Positions 17,025 through 25,929 of a DNA stretch of 64,000 nucleotides are shown here, one piece after another. The notes under the pieces were generated by a model. The model saw only the letters and a program-made list of their open reading frames with translations, was not told the origin of the DNA and searched no databases. Source of the DNA: an uncultured Candidatus Rokubacteria bacterium (lineage in GTDB: Bacteria > Methylomirabilota > Methylomirabilia > Rokubacteriales > DASRDR01); contig CAVPSB010000019.1 of NCBI GenBank assembly GCA_963708025.1, positions 128,001-192,000 of the forward strand. Reading direction: 5' to 3'. The position numbers were made by a program, and so were the translations under genes. Position 1 is the stretch's first letter; the number at the start of each line of letters is the position of its first letter.

Positions 17025-18326
17025 TCACGTGCACCTCGGGCCGGACGGCCGTCCGGCGGCGACCGGCGCCGCCATCGGATGTGCGAACCGAAAGTCCTTG
17101 GACTCCGCCAGGCGCCGGTAGGAGCCGAAGCGCGCCTCCGGGTCGTCCACCGTATCGAGCGGCTCGGGCTCGTCCTCCATCGGGTCGGCGTAAAGCTTCA
17201 GGATCTCGTAGGTGGTGCTCCGCTGCGCTGGGATCCGGCCGAGGTCCCGCGCCAGCCGGCGCAGCTCAGCCGGTGGCACGAGCTGCCCGTAGGGTGCCCC
17301 GGCCGAAGTGGAGATGCTCTCGTTGATCAGGGTGCCGCCGACGTCGTTGGCTCCGGCGGCCAGCAGCATCTGGGCGAGCTTGGGTCCCTCCTTGACCCAC
17401 GAGCTCTGGATGTTCCGGAACGTGGCACCCAGCATCAACCGGGCCAGCGCGTGGACGCGCACCACCTCGGCCCCGGTGGCGCCGGGCCGGACGCCAGCCA
17501 CCAGGCGCCGCTGGTACATCGGCGCTTCCTGGTGGATGAGGGACAGCGGGACGAACTCCGTGAAGCCGCCGGTATCCCGCTGGACATCACGGAGCAGTGC
17601 CAGGTGGCGCACCCAGTGGGCCGGCGTCTCGATGTGTCCGTACATCATGGTCGACGTCGTGCGGATCCCCAGCCCGTGGGCGGTGGTGATCACCTCGAGC
17701 CACTGTCGGGTCGAGATCCGCCCCTTCGCGATCACGTCGCGGATCTCGTCGTCCAGGATCTCGGCCGAGGTGCCCGGCAGCGTGCCGAGCCCGGCGGCCC
17801 GCAGCTCGGTCAGGTACTCCCGGATCGAGAGACCCGACCGCGTGACCCCGTACAGGACCTCTTCCGGCGAGAACGCATGGATGTGGAGGTCGGGCAGCTC
17901 GCGCGCGATCGTCCCGCACAGCTCGATGTAGAACCGGCCGTCGAGCTTCGGCGGGAGCCCGGCCTGGATGCACACCTCGGTGGCGCCCAGCTCCCGCGCC
18001 TCCCGGGCCCGCCGGACGATCTCCTCCATCGGGAGGAGGTAGCCCTCCTCTTCCCGGTGGTCCCGGCTGAAGGCGCAGAACGTGCAATGCTTGATGCAGA
18101 CGTTGGTGAAATTGATGTTGCGGTTGACGACGTAGGTCACGACGTCCCCCGCCTGGCGGGATCGTAGCTCGTCGGCCACCAGGGCCAGGGCCTGGAGCTC
18201 GCGCCCGGTGGCCTCGCAGAGGGCGAGCCCGTCGGCCACCGACGCCTCGCCGCCCTCCAGCGCCCGGTCCAGGGCGGCCCGCGCGCCGCGGCCAATGCCG
18301 TCGAACAGGGCGCCGAGCTGACTCAT
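17025..18326 (-). CDS. cofH: FO synthase subunit 2 (radical SAM)
   Basis: NRNINFTNVC...CTFCAF, EVCIQAG, HIHAFSPEE, PGTSAEIL, TGGFTEFVPL, NIQSSWVK, GGTLINESIS. Confidence 0.93.
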   Translation of the reverse strand: MSQLGALFDGIGRGARAALDRALEGGEASVADGLALCEATGRELQALALVADELRSRQAGDVVTYVVNRNINFTNVCIKHCTFCAFSRDHREEEGYLLPMEEIVRRAREARELGATEVCIQAGLPPKLDGRFYIELCGTIARELPDLHIHAFSPEEVLYGVTRSGLSIREYLTELRAAGLGTLPGTSAEILDDEIRDVIAKGRISTRQWLEVITTAHGLGIRTTSTMMYGHIETPAHWVRHLALLRDVQRDTGGFTEFVPLSLIHQEAPMYQRRLVAGVRPGATGAEVVRVHALARLMLGATFRNIQSSWVKEGPKLAQMLLAAGANDVGGTLINESISTSAGAPYGQLVPPAELRRLARDLGRIPAQRSTTYEILKLYADPMEDEPEPLDTVDDPEARFGSYRRLAESKDFRFAHPMAAPVAAGRPSGPRCT

Positions 18327-19531
18327 GCCGCGCCTCCAACCTGGACCGCCTCGTCCGGCACCAGATGGCTCGCGTCCACCAGGCCGGCCACCCGCGATCG
18401 CAGTGACTCGGGCACGAACCCCGGCCGGGCGATGAACTCGGGGTAGATCGCCAGCCGCTCCCGAAGCCGGCCCCCCGCCGCCGCCGTCGCCCGGACGAGC
18501 GCGGTCAGGTGGGGCCAGGGCGCCTCCGGGTTGATGTAGTCGATGGTCAGCGGTGAGATGCCGCCCCAGTCGTTCAGCCCGGCGGCGATCAGGCCCGGGT
18601 AGGTGCCGGGCGAGAGGTTGGGCGGGGCCTGGACGTTCATCGCGGGCCCGAGCAGGAGCCGCGCCACGGCGATCGTCCGGCGCAGCTCCCCGAGATCCGG
18701 CTCGGGGTGTCGCGCCATGGGGATGTCCGGCTTCACCCGGAAGTTCTGGACGATCACCTCCTGGACGTGGCCGTGGCGCGCGTGCACGTCACGGATGGCG
18801 AGGAGGGCCTCGACGCGTTCGCCCCGCGTCTCGCCGATGCCGATCAGGATGCCGGTCGTGAAGGCGATCCCGACCCGGCCGGCCGCTTCCAGGGTCTGGA
18901 GCCGCCGGCGGGGGAGCTTGTCGGGCGCCTGCTCGTGCGGCCCGCCGGGTCCTGCGAGCCGGTCGGCGACCGTCTCCAGCATGAGCCCGACGCTGACGTT
19001 GCTGTCCCGGAGCGCCCGGAGGTCCCGCTCGCTCATGAGCCCGGGGTTGGCGTGCGGCAGGAGCGGGGTGTGGCGGACGATCGCCTCCGAGGCGGCTCGC
19101 ACGTAATCCAGCGTGGTGCGATATCCGTGCCGGCGCAGCCAGTCCCGATGCTCCGGGAAGCGCGCCTCCGGCTTGTCGCCCAGGGAGAGGAGGGCCTCCT
19201 TGCAGCCGAGCCGGGCGCCGGCCTCGCACACGGCCAGCACTTCGTCGAGGCTCATCGTGTGGGCGCCGGGCTGGCCGGGGTCGCGCTTGAACGTGCAGTA
19301 GCCGCAGTCGTCCCGACAGAGGTTGGTCAGCGGGAGGAAGACCTTCCGGGAATACGTGACCGTCCGTCCCTTGCCGGCATCGCGGACGGCGGCGGCCGCG
19401 GACAACACGGCGGGCAGCTCGGCGGCCGATGCCTCGATCAGCGCCATCCCGGCGTCCCGGTCGAGCAGCCGCCCGGCCCGGGCCCGCTCCAGGGCGGCAT
19501 CGACGGCCGGGGACAGCCGTCCGTCCGTCAC
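18323..19531 (-). CDS. cofG: FO synthase subunit 1 (radical SAM)
   Basis: VTYSRKVFLPLTNLCRDDCGYCTF, LLPHANPG, FTTGILIGIGE, QAPPNL, NDWGGISP. Start taken at GTG overlapping the upstream TGA; ATG 19543 is the alternative. Confidence 0.93.
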   Translation of the reverse strand: MTDGRLSPAVDAALERARAGRLLDRDAGMALIEASAAELPAVLSAAAAVRDAGKGRTVTYSRKVFLPLTNLCRDDCGYCTFKRDPGQPGAHTMSLDEVLAVCEAGARLGCKEALLSLGDKPEARFPEHRDWLRRHGYRTTLDYVRAASEAIVRHTPLLPHANPGLMSERDLRALRDSNVSVGLMLETVADRLAGPGGPHEQAPDKLPRRRLQTLEAAGRVGIAFTTGILIGIGETRGERVEALLAIRDVHARHGHVQEVIVQNFRVKPDIPMARHPEPDLGELRRTIAVARLLLGPAMNVQAPPNLSPGTYPGLIAAGLNDWGGISPLTIDYINPEAPWPHLTALVRATAAAGGRLRERLAIYPEFIARPGFVPESLRSRVAGLVDASHLVPDEAVQVGGAA

Positions 19532-19956
19532 GCGGCGCTCCATTCGATGACCCGCTCGGGTGTGATCTTGATCATCGGCGCCCGGGGGGCGAGGGGGGTC
19601 GTCGCGTGGTATTGCGGGTACTTCGCCAGGAGCAGGCCCCGTGCCGCCTCCCACTCGGGCCCCGGCTCGAGGAGCTCGGCCTGGCCCTGGACCATGACGT
19701 AGCGGAGCTGGCGCCAGTCCTCCGCGTAATGGTCGAAGAGGAGCGCGACCCGCGGGTTCGCGCGGATGTTCCGCACCCGTCGCAGCCGTTCCGGCGGGAG
19801 CCGCTTCGGCTTGGCGTCGAGCGCCGAGTAGTAGGCCTGGCCGTCGGTGGCATAGCAGACCGGCACCAGGTGAGGGTACCCCGTCTCGTCGACGGTGGCG
19901 AGCCGGGCGACCCGGCTCTCGGCAGCGAGTGCCCCTCGCGCGCCGGACCCCGACAT
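19528..19956 (-). CDS. PPOX-class putative F420-dependent enzyme
   Basis: VARLATVD..G.PHLVP, DAKPK, LRRVRNIRANPRVALLFDHY.EDW. Confidence 0.85.
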   Translation of the reverse strand: MSGSGARGALAAESRVARLATVDETGYPHLVPVCYATDGQAYYSALDAKPKRLPPERLRRVRNIRANPRVALLFDHYAEDWRQLRYVMVQGQAELLEPGPEWEAARGLLLAKYPQYHATTPLAPRAPMIKITPERVIEWSAA

Positions 19957-20945
19957 CACCGCGCCCGGGTCACCTTCGGCCGGACTTCCGTGGCGAAGCG
20001 CTCCATGGTCTCCACCATGGCGCTGGGGTCCTGCTCGGTGAAGTCGAAGACGAAGAACTGGACGCCGGCCCGTCGGTAGGCCCGGATGTCCCCCGCGACC
20101 TTCTCGGCCGGTCCGCGAAGGGGATTGCCCTGGAGCATCGGCCCCCCCGCTGCCGCCGCCGCCTTGCGCGAGCGGCGCCGGCCGGGCCAGATCTCGAGCG
20201 GGGCGCGCAGGGTGAGGCGGATGGCTTCGGAGCGCCGTCCCGCCCGGGCGGCGTGGGCCCGGAGCTGCTGGGCTTTCTCGGTGTACTCGGCCGGGGTGAG
20301 CCCGGCCGGCGGCCGGAGCCCGATCGGATGCCACCCGTCGCCCAGTTCGGCCGCCCGTCGGATCGCCGCTGGCCCGTGACCCCCGATCCAGATGGGGGGG
20401 TGGGGCTTCTGGAGCGGCTTCGGGAAGAGGGTGACGTCGCGTACCTGGTAGTACTTGCCGGCGAAGGCCGGCTCGTCGAGCGTCCACAGCTCCTTCATCA
20501 GGCGGATGTACTCGTCGGTCACCGCGCCTCGCTCGGCGAAGGGCGGGGCGGCCAGCGCCTGGAACTCCTCGGGCCACCAGCCCACGCCGCAGCCGACGAT
20601 GACCCGGCCCCCGGAGCAGGCGTCGAGCGTCGCGAGCTGCTTGGCAGTCACGACCGGATTCCGATACGGCACCACGAGCACGCTGGTGCCCACCCTGATC
20701 CGCCGCGTCGCCGCCAGGAGCCAGCCCATGAGCACGAGGGGCTCGAGGTAGTCCTGCCGCGAGCCGCCCGGAAACTCCCCGGTCGGGCTGTAGGGATAGG
20801 GCGCCGAGCTCCGCGTGGGTAGCACGACGTGATCGGAGATCGTGACGCACGAGTACCCGAGGGCCTCCGCCTTCCGGGCGAGTCGGATCAGGATCGAGGG
20901 CTTGGCCAGAGGCCCGCGACTGGGGAGGGAGAAGCCGAACTCCAC
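19956..20945 (-). CDS. LLM-class putative F420-dependent oxidoreductase
   Basis: AEALGY....SDHVV, GTSVLVVPYRNP, SGGR....GVGW..EEF, PKPLQKPHPPIWIGG; GGAGG RBS. Confidence 0.88.
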   Translation of the reverse strand: MEFGFSLPSRGPLAKPSILIRLARKAEALGYSCVTISDHVVLPTRSSAPYPYSPTGEFPGGSRQDYLEPLVLMGWLLAATRRIRVGTSVLVVPYRNPVVTAKQLATLDACSGGRVIVGCGVGWWPEEFQALAAPPFAERGAVTDEYIRLMKELWTLDEPAFAGKYYQVRDVTLFPKPLQKPHPPIWIGGHGPAAIRRAAELGDGWHPIGLRPPAGLTPAEYTEKAQQLRAHAARAGRRSEAIRLTLRAPLEIWPGRRRSRKAAAAAGGPMLQGNPLRGPAEKVAGDIRAYRRAGVQFFVFDFTEQDPSAMVETMERFATEVRPKVTRAR

Positions 20946-21244
20946 GGGCTGACCTCCGCTCGCTGCACGCCGGCCCTGCTTCACAGCGACCGATCGTATG
21001 CCGATTCTCGCCGCAACGCAAGGGGCGAAAAATCCGGAAGCCCTCGCGCGCCCGCGTGGAATGCGCCCGGAACGCGCCTCGCCTCCGGGCGGCACCGGTC
21101 TGGCCTCCACCGGCGGCCTCCGCCACCGGACGCGGCCGCTCGCCGGCTGAGGACCGGCTGAGGAATTGTTTGACAAGCCCGCGGCTCTCGTACGACCCTG
21201 ACTTTCTCGCGGCCACGGGTCGTGGAGTGTCGGGGAGGACGGAT

Positions 21245-24200
21245 GTGAACGAGCGCCTTAGCGCCGAGCCGGCCGATCGCCTCACGCCCGCCGAGTCTCT
21301 CCTGGCGATCGCGAGCACCATCGGCTCGACCCTGGACCTGGCCGAGGCCCTGCGCCGGATCTGTCGCGAGCTGGCCCGCCTGACCGGCGCCGACGCGGTC
21401 GGCGCCTACCTCTACGACCGGGACCGCGACCTGCTCCTCCCGACGGCCGCCTACCGGGTTCCGAAGGAGCACCTGGCGACGCTGGCCGCGGCCGCCATTC
21501 CCCTTCGCCAGCAGGGCTTTCATCTCCCGCTGTGGACAACCCGCCGTCCCGTCCACACGGAAGACGTGGCGCACGACGAGCGGTTCAGCCACGCGATGTT
21601 CCGGGAGATCCCCCACCAGTCCGGTCTCGTCCTACCCCTCGTGCTCGACGACGAGGTGGCCGGAGCCTTCTACCTGGTCTGGTTCAAGGTGCGCCGGACC
21701 TTCACCGAGTCGGAGCTGGCGCTCCTCGAGCAGGTGAGTGGCCAGGTGGGGCTGCTGCTGCGCAACGTCCGGCTGTACGAGCAGGCCGACCGGGACCGCC
21801 GGCGGCTCGAGGCCCTCTACGAGCTCTCCGGCCGGCTGGCGGCGCTGCATGACACCGACGAGATGCTCGGCCTCATCCTGGATGAGGCGACCCGGGTCGT
21901 CGGCGGCGACGGCGCGGCCATCCGACTCCTGGACCGTGGCGAGCTGGTGATGGCCGCCCAGACGGAGGGAAACCGGGCGCTGGGGACGCGGCCGCGGTTG
22001 AAGGTCGGGGAGAGCCTGACCGGCCTGGTGGTGGCGACCGGCGAGCCGCTCGTGGTGAACGACATCGCGTCGGATCCCCGCTGCGACGCGGCGGTCCGGG
22101 TCGCGGTGCTCGCCCAGGGCTTGAAGTCCTTCGTCGGCGTCCCGCTGCGCAGCCACGGACTGCCGCTGGGCACCCTGACCATCCACCGGAAGACCGATCG
22201 CCGGTTCACCCCGGACGAGGTCGGCTTGCTGACGGCGCTCGCCGACCACGCCTCCCTCGCGCTGGAGAAGAGCCGCCTGCTCCGCGGGGCCGAGCAGGGC
22301 CGGCAGTTGCTCGAGCGGCTGTACGAGGTGGCCCTCTCGATGCAGGCCTCGTGGGAGCGGGAGGACCGGCTCCGCGCCTTCGTCCGCGGCGCGGCCGAGG
22401 TGGTCGGCTTCGACCGGGTCGACGTGCGGCTCGTCACGCCGGACGGCGCCGCCCTCGAGCTGGTGGCGATGCACGGCGAAGGCCCAAACCCGCCGCCGGG
22501 TCGTCTGCCGCTCACTCCCGAGGCCGGACCCTACTACCAGGCGTTCACCACCCGCCGGACGGTGGCGATGCTTTCCGACGCCGGCCTCGCGACCGTCCTG
22601 CCGCTGGCTCCCGCGTATCGCGCCCTCCCGGTGTTCCGGACGCGGCGGTTCGTGGTCGCGCCGATCGTGGTGGGCGAGCGGGCCCTGGGGGTCGTGAGCG
22701 CCGACAACAAGCCGAGCCGTCGTCCGATCAGCGCCGCCGCGCTCGAGCCGTTCCGCCTCCTCTGCCAGCAGCTCGCCATGGCGCTGGAGGAGGCCCGACT
22801 CTACGCCGAGGCCCAGGCCCGGGAGCAGGAGGCGATGAAGCTCGCGACCGGGCTCACCCTCCTCAACCAGGCCAGCCGGGCCCTCTACCGCACCCTCGAT
22901 GTCGACGGCGTGCTCCGGGGTGCGCTCGACGAGCTAGCCCAGGCGTTCGGCGCCGGCGCCGTGCTCGTGGTTCAGCTCGACGAGAACGGGGAGGTCATCC
23001 GGCGCATCGGACGCTGGCTCTCCGACGAGCACGGCCGCGATGTCGTCACCCGACAGCGCGGGCTCACCCAGCTCGTGCGGGACGCCCGGAAGCCGATCGT
23101 CCTCCACGACGTGTGGAAGCACTCCGACATCGTTCAGCCGGCCCACCTGAAGCACGGGGTCCGGTCGCTGGTGGCGGTCCCCCTCGTGGGTCAGGGGGAC
23201 CGGGTGCTCGGCGTGCTCTACCTCTACTACACGCAGCCCCAGGCCTTTCCCGGAAGCGAGGTGTCGCTCCTCACCGCCTACGCCGGACAGCTCGCCACCG
23301 CGCTGGAGAACGCGCAGCTCTACGAGGAGGCCCAGAGCCAGCGGACCCGCCTCCGCCTGATCTTCGACTCCACCTCGGACGGCATCATCCTGCTCGGCCG
23401 CGACGGTCGGGTGGAGGCCGCCAACCGGCGGGCCGCCGAGCTGCTGGGGTTCGACCACGAGACGGTGGCCGGCGCCAGCCTGATCGAGCTGCTGGCCGGG
23501 CGCTTCCGGACCCCGGCCGAGTCCCTCCGGGTCGGGACCGCCTTCCGGGCGCTGCTCGAGACCCCCGAGCCGGGCGGGCACGGCGATCTCGAGATCGTGG
23601 AGCCCACGCGGCGCGTGCTCCACTGGGTCGGCCAGCCGACCCGGAACGCGGGCGGCGCCACCATCAGCCTCACGCTGACCTTCCAGGACGTCACCGAGGA
23701 GCGCGAGGTCAGCCAGATGAAGTCCGACTTCGTCTCGTTCGTCACCCACCAGCTCCGCACGCCGCTGGCGGGGATCAAGTGGCTGCTGGAGCTGACGGTC
23801 CAGGGCAGCGAGGTGCCGGAGGTGACGCGCTCGTACATCCAGGACGCCCGCGAGGCGAACGAGCGTCTCATCGGGCTCGTCAACGACCTGCTCAACGTCT
23901 CGCACCTGGAGAGCGGCAAGATCAGCCTGGCGCCGAAGGCGACCGATATCGTGGCGCTCACCGCCGACGTCGTCAACGAGCTCGGCCCGCTCCTCCGCGA
24001 CAAGGGGCACCGGTGGTCGGTTGACGTGGGCGAGCGTCTGCCCTCGGTGATGGTCGATCCGCGGCTCCTGCGCCAGGTGGTGCTGAACCTGATCTCGAAC
24101 GCGGTGAAGTACACGAAGCCCGGGGGTGAGATCGCCGTCCGCATCAGCCGGGACGTCGGCACGCTTCACTGGCTCGTCCGCGACAGCGGCATCGGGATTC

Positions 24201-24394
24201 CGAGGGAGGCGCAGGGGCGGCTGTTCGAGAAGTTCTTCCGGGCCGAGAACGTGCTGACGCTGGAAACCGAGGGGACCGGCCTCGGGCTCTATCTGGTCCG
24301 GCTGATCCTGGAGCAGTTCGGGGGCCGGATCGCTTGCCAATCCGAGGAGGGCCGGGGCTCGACGTTCGTCTTCACCCTGCCGCTGGCGGACTGA
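21245..24394 (+). CDS. Cytoplasmic sensor histidine kinase (4xGAF-PAS-HisKA-HATPase)
   Basis: Four GAF-like repeats, PAS (DGIILL..DGRV..AN), HQLRTPL, NLISNAVKY, DSGIGI, GTGLGL. Confidence 0.9.
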   Translation: MNERLSAEPADRLTPAESLLAIASTIGSTLDLAEALRRICRELARLTGADAVGAYLYDRDRDLLLPTAAYRVPKEHLATLAAAAIPLRQQGFHLPLWTTRRPVHTEDVAHDERFSHAMFREIPHQSGLVLPLVLDDEVAGAFYLVWFKVRRTFTESELALLEQVSGQVGLLLRNVRLYEQADRDRRRLEALYELSGRLAALHDTDEMLGLILDEATRVVGGDGAAIRLLDRGELVMAAQTEGNRALGTRPRLKVGESLTGLVVATGEPLVVNDIASDPRCDAAVRVAVLAQGLKSFVGVPLRSHGLPLGTLTIHRKTDRRFTPDEVGLLTALADHASLALEKSRLLRGAEQGRQLLERLYEVALSMQASWEREDRLRAFVRGAAEVVGFDRVDVRLVTPDGAALELVAMHGEGPNPPPGRLPLTPEAGPYYQAFTTRRTVAMLSDAGLATVLPLAPAYRALPVFRTRRFVVAPIVVGERALGVVSADNKPSRRPISAAALEPFRLLCQQLAMALEEARLYAEAQAREQEAMKLATGLTLLNQASRALYRTLDVDGVLRGALDELAQAFGAGAVLVVQLDENGEVIRRIGRWLSDEHGRDVVTRQRGLTQLVRDARKPIVLHDVWKHSDIVQPAHLKHGVRSLVAVPLVGQGDRVLGVLYLYYTQPQAFPGSEVSLLTAYAGQLATALENAQLYEEAQSQRTRLRLIFDSTSDGIILLGRDGRVEAANRRAAELLGFDHETVAGASLIELLAGRFRTPAESLRVGTAFRALLETPEPGGHGDLEIVEPTRRVLHWVGQPTRNAGGATISLTLTFQDVTEEREVSQMKSDFVSFVTHQLRTPLAGIKWLLELTVQGSEVPEVTRSYIQDAREANERLIGLVNDLLNVSHLESGKISLAPKATDIVALTADVVNELGPLLRDKGHRWSVDVGERLPSVMVDPRLLRQVVLNLISNAVKYTKPGGEIAVRISRDVGTLHWLVRDSGIGIPREAQGRLFEKFFRAENVLTLETEGTGLGLYLVRLILEQFGGRIACQSEEGRGSTFVFTLPLAD

Positions 24395-24400
24395 GAGGAA

Positions 24401-24505
24401 GTGAATCAATCGGGTCCTCCGGCCCCCCCTCCCCCCAGCCAAAGGCCGAAGGCCGTCGAACGGTGGGCGAGGGGGGTTGGGGGGGAGGGCGGGGGGTCCC
24501 GAACT
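24401..24505. repeat. Repeat family A (GGCCAAAGGCCGAAGGCCGTC / GGGAGGTCCCGAAC)
   Basis: Related copies near 30925-31030, 38400-38455, 42329-42455, 46594-46720, 47445-47530, 53904-53960, 59317-59463, 62708-62798. Confidence 0.85.
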
Positions 24506-24515
24506 GAGGAGGGCC

Positions 24516-24899
24516 ATGGGAACGGCGGGAAAGCGCCTACTGCTCGTGGAGGATGACCGCTTCCTGCGGCGGGCCTGCGAGGCCAGCCTGCGTCAACGCG
24601 GTTACGACGTGCTGACGGCGGCCGACGGGGAGGAGGGCCTCCGGCTGGCCCGGGCCGAGACGCCCGACCTCGTCCTGCTCGATCTCCTCTTGCCCAAGCT
24701 GAGCGGGCTCGAGGTCCTGCGGAGCCTCCGGAGCGATGCGGCGACCCGGGACCTGCCGGTGCTGATTCTCTCGAATTCGTCGCGGGAGCAGGACGTCTCG
24801 GAGATCACCCGGCTGGGCGTCGAGGGCTACCTGGTCAAGGCCGATCTCTCGCTCAAGGCGCTCGGGGATCGAGTGGCCCGGATCCTGGAGGGCGCCTGA
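24516..24899 (+). CDS. Single-domain response regulator
   Basis: LVEDD, LLDLLLP, LSN, YLVK; GAGGAGG RBS. Confidence 0.9.
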   Translation: MGTAGKRLLLVEDDRFLRRACEASLRQRGYDVLTAADGEEGLRLARAETPDLVLLDLLLPKLSGLEVLRSLRSDAATRDLPVLILSNSSREQDVSEITRLGVEGYLVKADLSLKALGDRVARILEGA

Positions 24900-24977
24900 T
24901 GGCGCCGCCGCGGCGGATCCGGCCGCCCGCGACCGACCGGCGCCGACAGCGGCGATCTGATCCGCGGCGGCAGTGAC

Positions 24978-25346
24978 ATGGAGCAGCTACCGAGCAACCC
25001 GATCGACGTCCGACGCCTTCGCGACTCGCTGGCCGAGGCCGGAGTCCCCGCGGTCTTCCGGGAGCTGGTTACCGTGTTCCTGCACGAGACGCCAGAGCGG
25101 CTCGCCGCGCTCCGGCAGGCCGTGGTCGCCGGGGACCGGCGGACGATGAAGTTCGTCGCGCACACCCTGAAGGGGACGTCCGGCTACCTGGGGGCCCGGG
25201 GCCTCTCGCAGATCTGCCTGGAGCTGGAGGGGGTGAGCGCGACCGCCTCGCCCGGGGCGGGCCTGCCGCTCCTGGACGCGCTGGAGGCGGAGTTCGGCCG
25301 GGTTCGAGCCGCGCTCGAGCGCGAGCTCGGGGAGGGCCCCCGATGA
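24978..25346 (+). CDS. Hpt phosphotransfer protein
   Basis: AHTLKGTSGYLGA..L...C..LE. Confidence 0.85.
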   Translation: MEQLPSNPIDVRRLRDSLAEAGVPAVFRELVTVFLHETPERLAALRQAVVAGDRRTMKFVAHTLKGTSGYLGARGLSQICLELEGVSATASPGAGLPLLDALEAEFGRVRAALERELGEGPR

Positions 25347-25915
25347 GGATCCTCGTCGCCGAGGACGACAGCGTCTCCCGCCGCCTCCTCACCGTCACGC
25401 TCGAGGGGCTCGGGCACGAGGTGACGGGGGCGCCCGACGGGCGGGAGGCCTGGGGCGAGTTCGAGCGGAGTCCGTTCCCGGTGGTGATCTCGGACTGGAT
25501 GATGCCCGAGCTGGACGGGCTCGAGCTGTGCCGGCGCATTCGCGCCGCCGATCACACGAAGTACACCTACATCATCCTGCTCACCGCCCTGGGGGGCAAA
25601 GGCCACTACCTCCAGGGGATGGACGCCGGCGCCGACGACTTCCTCATGAAGCCTCTCGACCCGGCCGAGCTGCGGGTCCGGCTGCGGGTCGCCGAGCGAC
25701 TGCTCGGGCTCCAGGCGGAGGTCCGCCAGCTCGAGGGCCTCCTGCCGATCTGCTCGTACTGCAAGCGGATCCGGGACGAGAAGAACGAGTGGACTCGCAT
25801 CGAGACGTACATCGCGAGTCGGACCGACGCGACGTTCACCCACGGGGTCTGCGCCGAATGCAAGGAGAAGGTCCTCCAGCCGGAGCTCGACCGGCTGAAG
25901 CGCCGGTTCTCCTAG
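25343..25915 (+). CDS. Response regulator with C-terminal Cys-rich (CxxC...HxxCxxC) domain
   Basis: VAEDD, SDWMMP, KP; LPICSYCKRIR...THGVCAEC. Confidence 0.88.
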   Translation: MRILVAEDDSVSRRLLTVTLEGLGHEVTGAPDGREAWGEFERSPFPVVISDWMMPELDGLELCRRIRAADHTKYTYIILLTALGGKGHYLQGMDAGADDFLMKPLDPAELRVRLRVAERLLGLQAEVRQLEGLLPICSYCKRIRDEKNEWTRIETYIASRTDATFTHGVCAECKEKVLQPELDRLKRRFS

Positions 25916-25929
25916 TTTCTTGGGGGGAG

